Assembly: GCA_029882975.1 (NCBI GenBank)
Contig: JAOUJW010000003.1
Coordinates: forward strand, 67,090-131,089
Length of the DNA stretch: 64,000 bases
DNA from: Gammaproteobacteria bacterium
GTDB lineage: Bacteria; Pseudomonadota; Gammaproteobacteria; SZUA-152
Reading direction: 5' to 3'
The position numbers and the translations under genes were made by a program. This document shows positions 56,105 to 64,000 of the stretch, piece by piece. The notes under the pieces were generated by a model. That model did not search any database. It worked only from the letters and a program-made list of their open reading frames with translations, and had not been told where the DNA came from. Each line of letters opens with the position of its first letter. Within the stretch, counting starts at the first letter, position 1.

Positions 56105-56198
56105 TGGGTGTCGTTTAATTTTGTTTCCGTTCAACTTGTGAGTGCTTGTGTATTCGTGTAACCCCTAATGAGGTGGCTATACATGGGGGCAAGCAAAA

Positions 56199-56927
56199 TT
56201 AACGTAACCATAGACTGTGGTTGTAGCCGATAAAGAAACTGTTCAAGTTGTGTTTTTGAGAATCTCCGTTGTCGAACTCGTAGTGCTGTCGCTGGCGTTT
56301 GAAGCCAAAGCTCAAGCGGTTACGAGAGCTCAAGTTGACTGCGCCGCCCAGTTCAATGGCGTTGACACGGCCTTGCCCAACATCGGTTCCGTCCGTTTGC
56401 ACATTAAGAGGTACACTGCCTGCGGAACCGTAAAATATAAAATGCTTGCCGACAGGGACGTAACCGGATACTCCCAAACCCAGGCCGCTGGCCTGCATTT
56501 TGACAATTGGGTCTTCGTCTGTCCATTCATTGCTAATGGACTTGAGATCAGCAAAAATCGAAATATTTTTTACCACATAATAACCCAATACCAAGTCCAG
56601 CTCGTTGTGTTTGATGTTTTCATTCGCAGTGGCGGCAATAGTTGAGCCGTTTGCTAAAATGCGTTCCGGGGATCCGGTTTTAAATTGGTGGTTACCGCCT
56701 TGTAAATTAAAGCCAAAGTAAAATTGATCCCGTTGCAACATTAGATTGAGGCCGACGTGCCCGGAACGTTGTGCAAAACTGGTGTCGCTGTTTGTATTGT
56801 TGCCTGTCCAGTTGCTTGTCGCAAGTTTGGCGCCGAACGATAGGCTGACATCGGCGGCATAAACGCTGTTGACACCGAATGCAGTGATCAAGGCTATTAG
56901 GATGAGTAGTGTTGGTTTCATTTTCAT
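56199..56927 (-). CDS. Small outer-membrane beta-barrel protein (OmpA-like/OmpW-like barrel family)
   Basis: Signal peptide (LLILIALITAFGVNSVYA). Alternating hydrophobic beta-strand pattern with aromatic girdle residues. About 240 aa. Confidence 0.6.
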   Translation of the reverse strand: MKMKPTLLILIALITAFGVNSVYAADVSLSFGAKLATSNWTGNNTNSDTSFAQRSGHVGLNLMLQRDQFYFGFNLQGGNHQFKTGSPERILANGSTIAATANENIKHNELDLVLGYYVVKNISIFADLKSISNEWTDEDPIVKMQASGLGLGVSGYVPVGKHFIFYGSAGSVPLNVQTDGTDVGQGRVNAIELGGAVNLSSRNRLSFGFKRQRQHYEFDNGDSQKHNLNSFFIGYNHSLWLR

Positions 56928-56947
56928 GCTGGTTTACCGCGTTGAGA

Positions 56948-57988
56948 TTACAGGGTGGGAAGAGGTGTTACAAATCTGGGATTCAAAACTTTTTTGGGTT
57001 GGTTCGCTTTTGCGCTTGCTTTGCTGTCCGCTGAGGCATTGGTGGCAGCTGCGGTGGCGTTGTCGGCCTTGCCCTGCTCCACTTCCACCTGCACTTTCAC
57101 TTTGTCTGCGGGTACGCCGTCTACTTGGAGTTTCAGTTTAATAAATATAAATTCGCCCAGTTCATCACCGGCTCCTTGAAGTACGCCGCTTTCCGGAACC
57201 TGATCGACATTGTTGGCCACGGCTTTTTGAACATTGGCAGACAGCTCTGACACCGTCAGCATAGGCTTATCGTTGTTTTTTAACTCACTTAAGAGAAAAT
57301 ATGTAAAGGGAGAATGGCCGGACTGTTTATAATCGTCATCAACGTACTCGGCGCCTCCTGCCGCCATGATTTGCACGCTCTTCTTTTGCGCCACTTTTTG
57401 GTAAAACAATTCCGCGTTGTTTTCGGGGGGCAATCCGCGGGTGCCGGCGCGCAGCAAGGTGCCGCTGAAGCAGGAATCGGATATGAGTAAAGAGTGTTTA
57501 GCTCGTGATGCAATGGTGGTCATTTCATCACGGATGGTTGAGTTTCTTAAGAAAGTAGTGTGGTCCAGCCCCATTGCATCCGAGGGTATCCAATAGCCTT
57601 TATTGGTTTCCAGATCCATAAAGCCATGTCCGGCATAGTAAAGCAATACATTGTCATTAGGCAGTACACGTTGGGATAATTCCTGCAGTGCCAGCAGAAT
57701 GTCGCGCCTTCCGGCGTTTTCCAGCATTTTAACGTCGGTGAAACCGTAATGCTCTTCCAATAAGGTCTTGATGGTTCGGGCATCGGATACCGCCGTTTTC
57801 AATGATGGCCACTTTTTGTCGTTATAACGGTTGTTTCCTATGATTAATGCTCTATAGACACCTTGCTGTGCTTGTGGATCTACAGCAGGTGTTTTTTGCG
57901 TCATTGTGATGCCCCGGTTTTGTGCGGCCAGTGGCAAACTCAAGCAAAGGGTGAGTCCCAGGCATAACGCTTTAGCCGATTGATTCAT
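56948..57988 (-). CDS. Periplasmic caspase-domain (peptidase C14) protein
   Basis: Signal peptide (LCLGLTLCLSLPLAAQN). Caspase hallmarks: RALIIGNNRY, catalytic His in LLYYAGHG, catalytic Cys in LLISDSCFSG. Start taken at MNQSAKAL to leave an 8-nt gap after the anti-sigma gene. Confidence 0.75.
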   Translation of the reverse strand: MNQSAKALCLGLTLCLSLPLAAQNRGITMTQKTPAVDPQAQQGVYRALIIGNNRYNDKKWPSLKTAVSDARTIKTLLEEHYGFTDVKMLENAGRRDILLALQELSQRVLPNDNVLLYYAGHGFMDLETNKGYWIPSDAMGLDHTTFLRNSTIRDEMTTIASRAKHSLLISDSCFSGTLLRAGTRGLPPENNAELFYQKVAQKKSVQIMAAGGAEYVDDDYKQSGHSPFTYFLLSELKNNDKPMLTVSELSANVQKAVANNVDQVPESGVLQGAGDELGEFIFIKLKLQVDGVPADKVKVQVEVEQGKADNATAAATNASADSKASAKANQPKKVLNPRFVTPLPTL

Positions 57989-57996
57989 GTGTAACC

Positions 57997-58917
57997 TCAT
58001 TCTGTATGCTTGTTGATGACGAAGCCGCCATGGGTGTAAAAGGATTGGGCGTCCATGGTTTTTCCGGACAAAGTCCATTCATAACGGTATCCGGATACCG
58101 GTTTGTGATTGGAAAAAGTCACTTGGTTGACCTTGCTTTGTTTCTCGCCAATCAAAGTTCGTTCTTCACTTTTTACCAGTTGTAGTGTGATGTGGTAACT
58201 GTCAGCTTTAGCAACGGTAGGCCACTGCAGCACTAATGCGTTATCGCTTGCGCTTACCTGCATGGAGGCATAAGGCTTGCTGATTTTAGCGGCCTGGCCG
58301 AAAAATCCTATACCCGGTTTGGCGTGCTCCTGATAAAAGATCTTATCGCTGTCCTGATAAGTCGCAACGGTAAACGCCGTAACTTTAGCGAGTTGGGGCT
58401 CGGAATGTCCTGAGGGATTCTGCAGCGTCGGCACCAGCAGGACGGTTACAGCAATTAACGCTGTGGCTGCAAGCGCATTGGCCCACAGGGGTGGTCGAAG
58501 GCATAGAGCTTGTTTAAGTGTTTCCAATATTCCGGTACGCTGCGTGCCGGAATGTTGTTGAGGTTTAAGCGGGGTATGCGCCGCTAAAGCCCGTTTCATG
58601 GCTGTGCTATGGGATGCGTAGTGAAGGGCGGCTTTGAGTGTTGCCGGGTTTTTTTGTAACTGTTTCTGCACTTCCTCGTCGTCCAGAAGTTTGTCCACAT
58701 AAGCTTCTATGCGATATGTCGCCGTGTCATCCGGTTGTAAAGAACCATCTGATAGTCTGCTGCGGATGGCGGACAAGGTGCCGGCTTGTTGGCGACACCG
58801 GGGGCATTGGGCCAAGTGTACACTTAGCTTCTGGAAGTCCGGGTGGTCGGGTTGCATGACAAATCCGCTGAGGGATTCCAAGTCCGGGTGTTGTTCCTGT
58901 TGACTGGAGTTGTGCAT
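57997..58917 (-). CDS. zf-HC2 anti-sigma factor, single-pass membrane protein
   Basis: N-terminal zinc-finger anti-sigma motif (HLAQCPRCRQQ). One transmembrane helix (LWANALAATALIAVTVLLVP). Periplasmic C-terminal domain. Immediately downstream of the sigma-like gene. Confidence 0.65.
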   Translation of the reverse strand: MHNSSQQEQHPDLESLSGFVMQPDHPDFQKLSVHLAQCPRCRQQAGTLSAIRSRLSDGSLQPDDTATYRIEAYVDKLLDDEEVQKQLQKNPATLKAALHYASHSTAMKRALAAHTPLKPQQHSGTQRTGILETLKQALCLRPPLWANALAATALIAVTVLLVPTLQNPSGHSEPQLAKVTAFTVATYQDSDKIFYQEHAKPGIGFFGQAAKISKPYASMQVSASDNALVLQWPTVAKADSYHITLQLVKSEERTLIGEKQSKVNQVTFSNHKPVSGYRYEWTLSGKTMDAQSFYTHGGFVINKHTE

Positions 58918-59005
58918 ATCAGGTTCCTTTACCTACTATTTGCCGCTTCTGTTTGCATATGGTTTAAAAGACCCGAAAATTGATAATTTTTGAACAGAAT
59001 TCACT

Positions 59006-59917
59006 TTAACTGGACTCCATTAATTTTTCCAATTTGGCCAAGGTTTTACGTCGAAAATAGTATAGGTGCTGGCGATTGGTCTGTTGGGGTGGTACTCCAT
59101 CTTTAATACGAATATCCAGTTTTTCCAAAGCGTTCAGCACATCATTAGCATCTTGTTGGTCCATGACCATGGATTCCAGCACAAATTGTTCCGTCGGATT
59201 TAATAGCTGCCAAGCCTGGTGTAAGGCGTCGTGGTCAGCGGTTTGTTCCAGTGATGGGCTTGCATCAGCCGGTTCCATTTCAGTTTCATTACCGTCATAG
59301 TCCTGGCTTAGAGATATGGTGCTGGGTGGATTGAGCAAATGCAGACGATTTTTTTGCGTTAGGGTCACTATTATTTTGCGACAGAGGATCTCCGTATCCG
59401 CTTCACTTAAACTCAGTTTTTGTGCGATCAGGGCAATATTGTCTCCGCTGCGCAGGGCCAGGAATGCGCTGCCGGCCTGAGGACCCATGGATTGTATGTA
59501 GGTAGGAACGTGCACTTTGCGGCCGAAACGCCAGTTTTTCCAGCGTTCGTAGAACGGTAGGGAGTTGGCGATATGGTACATATAGTTGTTTAGGCTGGCG
59601 CCATTGTCACCACGGTATTGCTGTAATCTCTTGGCGTTGCTCAGGTCGTCCAGCATCCAGGCGTAGCTGGCGTTACCCCATTCACAAAGTGCGGCACCTG
59701 ATGCCGGTGTGCCCCAGGGTTTGGGTAAGGTGCAGGTATAGATAAATTGATTTTCCTTGCAGAAGCGTTTGCAAAAGCGGTCCGTTTGAAAACGGATAAT
59801 GGGGTCCAGGAACTGATTAACGCGGCTGCGCGCCACCGGATCACCGGCGGCGGCTTGCTGAGCCAGCAAAATCTGCTCGTCGCGGTTTGAGAGAGGTTCT
59901 TGATTACCGGTGTCCAA
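59006..59917 (-). CDS. ECF-type sigma-70 family protein with Cys-rich insertion
   Basis: Region-2-like segments (DEQILLAQQAAAGDPVARSRVNQFL, YMYHIANSLPFYERWKNWR). Region-4-like helix-turn-helix (LNPTEQFVLESMVMDQQDANDVLNALEKL..RKTLAKLEKL). At 303 aa it is longer than standard ECF factors, owing to a CKRFCKEN..YTCTL..LCEW insert. Confidence 0.55.
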   Translation of the reverse strand: MDTGNQEPLSNRDEQILLAQQAAAGDPVARSRVNQFLDPIIRFQTDRFCKRFCKENQFIYTCTLPKPWGTPASGAALCEWGNASYAWMLDDLSNAKRLQQYRGDNGASLNNYMYHIANSLPFYERWKNWRFGRKVHVPTYIQSMGPQAGSAFLALRSGDNIALIAQKLSLSEADTEILCRKIIVTLTQKNRLHLLNPPSTISLSQDYDGNETEMEPADASPSLEQTADHDALHQAWQLLNPTEQFVLESMVMDQQDANDVLNALEKLDIRIKDGVPPQQTNRQHLYYFRRKTLAKLEKLMESS

Positions 59918-60003
59918 AACGTGGGTTCCGCCATGAATAGTGAAATTATTGGCAACTCATAGAGTCGGCACAAGTTTCTATTATAGTCGGTGTGGTAAAA
60001 GGC

Positions 60004-61938
60004 TCATGGATTGTATAGAAACCATCCGGATACCACTCCTTGTTCCACTTTCACTGCCAGTCCGTAGTGGTCATAGGCCAGATATTCGCCACTGGACAGA
60101 TGAATCTGTCGGTTGGGAATTCCCAAAGCTTTTACCGGTCGGTCGGCGTTGTCTCCAATGGCAATTCGGTTCAGGACTTTGGAAGAACTGCTGTCCAGCC
60201 AGGCGTTGACTATCGTGGCGTCCGGTCCCACGATAAACCGACTGCCATCCTGGAAACGCAATACTCGAAATTGCTCGCCTTCTATCCACAAGTCCGTGCT
60301 TTTGGCCTGAGCCAATTTTCCGGAGCTGAGGTTGTCCCCTAAACGCAATCCTTTTATGGTTGGGGCGTGTTGCACGGGTTTTTGCTTATGGGAGGTTTGT
60401 AATTGTCCAAGAGCTAACCGGAATAACAAGCTGTTTCCTGATGATTTGGCTTGATTGGCCAGTTGATTCCAAACCTGGGTGGCTTTGTCTGCTTTATTTT
60501 GGTGTCGAGCCAGTGCGGCGTAGTTATAGTAGGCGCTAAACAACAATAAGTTAGGACTCATGCTACCGCTTGTGTGTTGAGGCTTGCCCGGGCGGTTTTG
60601 ATCAGTGTATTTGAGTACGCGCTTGAATAGCTTGGTGGCTCTGGTGCTATTACCTTCTAAGGCATTGGTCATTGCAAGCAATAGATCTGTGCTACCAGAG
60701 GCTTTAAAAAGAGGTATGGTTTTGCCCTGGATAACACCCCTGGCCATATAAGTATTACCCTGTAGCAGATAGGTAATGGCTAACAAGTGGTAGCCGGCGG
60801 GATGATCCGGTTCCAATTTTATCGCTTTTTCGAAGTAGTGGATGCTTTGTCGGGCGTTTTCATCCAGTTGTTTTTTCAACTGCTGCAGAACCGCAGGGCC
60901 ACCACGTTTGAGTACGGCTTGCCGGGGGGTGGCTTCCGCGTCCGTGTCCAATAACAGGGGGTAGTAAAAGTCCGGTTGTTTTAGAAATCCGTCCTGAATC
61001 ATGCGTTTTTGAATTTTCAGAGCTTCTGCCAGGTAGGTTAAACCCAGTGCAGACAGCACCGCTCGGGAAGGGTACTGGCGCCCATAAGCCGTGAAGTACC
61101 TGCGGGCCTCGAGGTGGTTCGCGGCAATAAAGTTTTGTACACCCATTTCATACAGCATGGCTTGTGATGCGGCATTGTGCAATTGTGCGCCGGCCCGTAG
61201 AGCGCGCGAGTGCGCTTGTTTGCAGGCTTTTGATGCGGCGGAATCGTTATCTGAAACTATACAGGAGTTGCCCCAAATATTTTCCACCCAAGCGGTGAAA
61301 AAATCTTTTTTATCCAGAATCTGGTAAGGATCGTAACCCACGCTGGCCATTAGGATGAGGCCGTCGTGATCCGCCTGGGCCTCTTTTTGTTCAATGTCGT
61401 TCATGAGTTTGGAATCGACATTCAGTCCCCGCAGCATTTTGCGACGCAGTTCCGGGCTTTGGTTGCCAATCAGACGGAAAAATCGTTGATGCCATAAATC
61501 GTCGGCGCGTTGATGCGACAACTCATGGGATAGCACAAAGGCTAGCAAATGGCCGGCCCGCTGCTTGCCGAAACTCAAACAGGTGTTAATGGCTTCCAGG
61601 CTGAGCAAAATATTGCCATCCGCCAGTGATGCGGCCCAGGGCCCGGCGCTGGAGTCCACTACATAAAGGCTGGGCTCCAGGCGGGAACTGTCCCAGGAAC
61701 GCAACAGGACGGAAAAAATATTTTGAGCATATTGTGCCAGGGAATTATTTTGTGGGTCGACCGTATGGGGTTTCCAGTAATTAATGGATTGTGTGGGGTC
61801 ATCCGGTGGTGCCAGCGTTTTGCTATGAGCTGTGGGAAGGTACAGGCAAAAAACCAGCAGTAGTGAAATCGAGAACGATAAAAGCGAGCGGGCGGAAAAC
61901 GGTAAAGAAGTGGCTTGGTGTGCCGGCTTTTGGTTCAT
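60004..61938 (-). CDS. Secreted BepA-like M48 zinc metalloprotease with TPR repeats and an extra C-terminal domain
   Basis: Signal peptide present. HEXXH in FVLSHELSHQ with downstream EAQADHDGLILMASVGYDP (M48/BepA signature). Central TPR-like repeats. About 150-aa C-terminal domain of unknown function. Confidence 0.65.
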   Translation of the reverse strand: MNQKPAHQATSLPFSARSLLSFSISLLLVFCLYLPTAHSKTLAPPDDPTQSINYWKPHTVDPQNNSLAQYAQNIFSVLLRSWDSSRLEPSLYVVDSSAGPWAASLADGNILLSLEAINTCLSFGKQRAGHLLAFVLSHELSHQRADDLWHQRFFRLIGNQSPELRRKMLRGLNVDSKLMNDIEQKEAQADHDGLILMASVGYDPYQILDKKDFFTAWVENIWGNSCIVSDNDSAASKACKQAHSRALRAGAQLHNAASQAMLYEMGVQNFIAANHLEARRYFTAYGRQYPSRAVLSALGLTYLAEALKIQKRMIQDGFLKQPDFYYPLLLDTDAEATPRQAVLKRGGPAVLQQLKKQLDENARQSIHYFEKAIKLEPDHPAGYHLLAITYLLQGNTYMARGVIQGKTIPLFKASGSTDLLLAMTNALEGNSTRATKLFKRVLKYTDQNRPGKPQHTSGSMSPNLLLFSAYYNYAALARHQNKADKATQVWNQLANQAKSSGNSLLFRLALGQLQTSHKQKPVQHAPTIKGLRLGDNLSSGKLAQAKSTDLWIEGEQFRVLRFQDGSRFIVGPDATIVNAWLDSSSSKVLNRIAIGDNADRPVKALGIPNRQIHLSSGEYLAYDHYGLAVKVEQGVVSGWFLYNP

Positions 61939-62086
61939 GAGTGTAACCCCGTGATCAATTCATTTGCAGTGGATACACCACCTCTGCAGTTAAAGAGACT
62001 GCGAAACCTGCCGCATTTGAAAATTTTCTGCATATTTTTATCAGCACATCGAGGGGAGTCGATCTCGGGATTATTATCGTTATTAT

Positions 62087-62806
62087 TCAATTGCTTATGG
62101 TTCCGTCTAGGTATTGGCGGCGCAGTGTGTGGGGTAGTTTTTCGATCGCATAGCGCAGCATGGTTCTGGGCATATTATGATATCGTCGGCACAAAAGGCT
62201 CTGCAGTTGATCATCGTCTCGCTTACCGATTTCCCGCAACATCCACCCCACGGCTTTATGTATTACGTCCTCGGGGTCATGTAAAAATTGCTCGGTTAAT
62301 TGCAAAGTATCAGTAAATTGCCCCGCTTGTATAAATCGATAGATCGCGATGACGGCAATGCGGTGTTCCCACAGGCTTTTCGATTGAGCCAGTGTGTACA
62401 ACACACGACGTTGTGTTTTAGAAAATAACAACAAATAGTCACCATCTATTTTATGCGCAGAGACATCTACCAGGTCCCAGTTGTTCACCTGCTGTCGGTG
62501 CTCCCTATATAATGCGTAAACCCTTTGTTTGTATTTTCTTATATGATAGTGCTGGATCAGTAATACTAATGCTGGAAAACGCTCCTCATGATACCTGGAG
62601 TATAGCAAGCTCTGAACCCTGTCCAGGGACAGTTGTTTGTTCTGCTTGGCAAAGCGGCGAATCTGCGGCACCGTAATACCCGGAAAACAGTCGCCATGAC
62701 CGTTCTCACCCGGCGCGGTTTTAAAAAACCGTTGCTGTTGTTGGGCTTTTTCCGAGTCTTTGAGCTGACGAAATTGATGCTGAATGGTTGTTATTAAGTC
62801 AGGCAT
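62087..62806 (-). CDS. DNA alkylation repair protein (AlkD/AlkC-like HEAT-repeat family)
   Basis: Length and helical-repeat pattern (..QQRFFKTAPGE..GITVPQIRRFAKQN..WDLVDVSAHKI..) resemble the DNA alkylation repair enzyme family. Confidence 0.5.
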   Translation of the reverse strand: MPDLITTIQHQFRQLKDSEKAQQQQRFFKTAPGENGHGDCFPGITVPQIRRFAKQNKQLSLDRVQSLLYSRYHEERFPALVLLIQHYHIRKYKQRVYALYREHRQQVNNWDLVDVSAHKIDGDYLLLFSKTQRRVLYTLAQSKSLWEHRIAVIAIYRFIQAGQFTDTLQLTEQFLHDPEDVIHKAVGWMLREIGKRDDDQLQSLLCRRYHNMPRTMLRYAIEKLPHTLRRQYLDGTISN

Positions 62807-62949
62807 GTTCAGAGTTCCTCAGATTCTCATCAAAACGGAATTATTTCACATTTTAACGCTTAGCTTTCAAATGGAAGCCCGTTTGTCGTCTGTTCATAGC
62901 AGTAACTCAAGGATTTAATCCAAATAAAATGTCTAACTGGAGAATAGCA

Positions 62950-64000
62950 ATGTCAAGCGTGAAAACATTTAATCCCAAACGTATCTTTAATAGAAAACTG
63001 TTGTTGCTGCCTTTAGCGGTATCCGCATTGGTGTTTTCCGGGTGCGGTACCGAGCCGAGTAGTTCCGCGGATGGTCAAGCCCAGTTTTTGCAGATGGGCT
63101 TGCCCGACAGTATGACCGGAGGCCAGGTGCAAATGGCAGTCGGTGCGCATTCGCAAGGGCAGCCATGCGCATACATAGGGGTTGGCAATGATGATCCTTT
63201 TAAGAATGGTTACAATATGAGTAAAATGCTGGTTTCTGCTGTGGCCACCTGGACCTGTATTACAGATACCTTGATTCATGTCTCGGACATTTATGAGCAC
63301 GACGGTGTAGTCCATCCTACGGATAACGATCCCGCATCCGGTACTTATCGGTCCCAGGACCCAACTCATTACAGTATCACTGATGATTCAGGCACACAGG
63401 TTAGTATTCGCCTCTATTACGGTTATGATCACAGTACGCCGCCGGTTCCGGGAGTGGCTGATCCTGGTTTTTATATTTCCTGGAACACCGCGGACAGCGG
63501 TGATATCGAGGGCAAGTTGATTGTCGATGGTTTAGCGATCAACTCCGATAACCGAAAAACGGACGACCCTACCATGATGCGCTTGGATTTTAATTACACC
63601 GGTGTACAAAAACAGGCCACCATGTATTTAGCATTTGATGCTGGAAATCGTTGGGCGGATGGGTTTCGCATCGAGGTCACAAAAGATCTGACGGCTCCGG
63701 ACGGACAAGTGTTTTTGGCCAGAGGTATGATAGAAATGAAACAACAGTTTCTGCCGGTAGCCGGTATTTCTGAATTACCGGTTTTGCAAATGGTATCGGT
63801 ATCAAACGCATTGGGACGAGGCGCCACAGTTGCGAATTTTGAAGATGTTTCCTTGCCTTTGATGTTGAACCCGCAAACCAATAACAATCTAGGTGACTAT
63901 TTGTTTTCAAAAAAAGATCAGTACTATTTTCGCGGTGACGGTTCTTGGGAATATATACAAAAGGATATTTCAACCGCCCAGTATCGAGGTAACCGCAACA
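62950..64000 (+). CDS. Hypothetical lipoprotein (3' partial, runs off window end)
   Basis: GGAG lies 8 nt upstream of the ATG at 62950. Lipobox LLPLAVSALVFSGC. The frame stays open to position 64000. Confidence 0.5.
   Translation, partial: MSSVKTFNPKRIFNRKLLLLPLAVSALVFSGCGTEPSSSADGQAQFLQMGLPDSMTGGQVQMAVGAHSQGQPCAYIGVGNDDPFKNGYNMSKMLVSAVATWTCITDTLIHVSDIYEHDGVVHPTDNDPASGTYRSQDPTHYSITDDSGTQVSIRLYYGYDHSTPPVPGVADPGFYISWNTADSGDIEGKLIVDGLAINSDNRKTDDPTMMRLDFNYTGVQKQATMYLAFDAGNRWADGFRIEVTKDLTAPDGQVFLARGMIEMKQQFLPVAGISELPVLQMVSVSNALGRGATVANFEDVSLPLMLNPQTNNNLGDYLFSKKDQYYFRGDGSWEYIQKDISTAQYRGNRN

Noticed and set aside
1-64000. Searched by eye for CRISPR repeats, tRNA-like cloverleaves, rRNA, IS elements, integrase or transposase genes, and phage genes.
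   Set aside because: None found. Intergenic regions are short, apart from 19.16-19.53 kb, 36.09-36.55 kb and 54.46-54.92 kb, which show no repeat arrays or tRNA-like structure.

Overview
This window reads as chromosomal DNA (about 50% GC by eye) from a chemolithotrophic, probably sulfur-oxidising, proteobacterium. Coding density is high and I recognised no rRNA, tRNA, CRISPR array, transposase or integrase. Five blocks stand out.

(1) 1-3.1 kb: a TPR protein followed by a secreted TPR-CHAT (caspase-like) protein.

(2) 3.4-11.2 kb: a c-type cytochrome island. It holds a DUF3365 lipoprotein with a CXXCH motif, a minus-strand operon encoding a six-domain cytochrome c with a PKD domain plus a cadherin-like/cytochrome c lipoprotein, and a divergent plus-strand operon encoding an MtrA/MtoA/PioA-type decaheme cytochrome, an MtrB/PioB-type outer-membrane barrel with the N-terminal CXXC motif, and a dihaem c4-like cytochrome. 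Together these resemble a porin-cytochrome electron conduit.

(3) 30.3-41.7 kb: a dissimilatory sulfur block. It holds moaA, a cytoplasm-facing three-subunit molybdoenzyme (no Tat signal on the catalytic subunit, best read as SoeABC sulfite dehydrogenase), and a divergent QmoA-like, QmoB-like (HdrA with MvhD tail), HdrC-like, HdrB-like operon with no adjacent aprAB.

(4) 55.6-61.9 kb: a tight minus-strand cluster of a BepA-like M48/TPR protease, an ECF-type sigma factor with a Cys-rich insert, a zf-HC2 single-pass anti-sigma factor, a signal-peptide caspase (peptidase C14) protein, an outer-membrane beta-barrel and a secreted DUF4384 protein. This looks like an envelope-localised caspase-like signalling module.

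(5) Scattered signalling genes: four GGDEF/EAL proteins (one translationally coupled to a dihaem cytochrome c peroxidase), two MCPs, a CheY-like receiver, a CbbQ/NorQ-CbbO/NorD pair, a SoxB-like phosphoesterase and a secreted DsrE-like protein.

All product calls come from motifs read directly in the six-frame translations. No database search was possible, so subfamily names are hypotheses.
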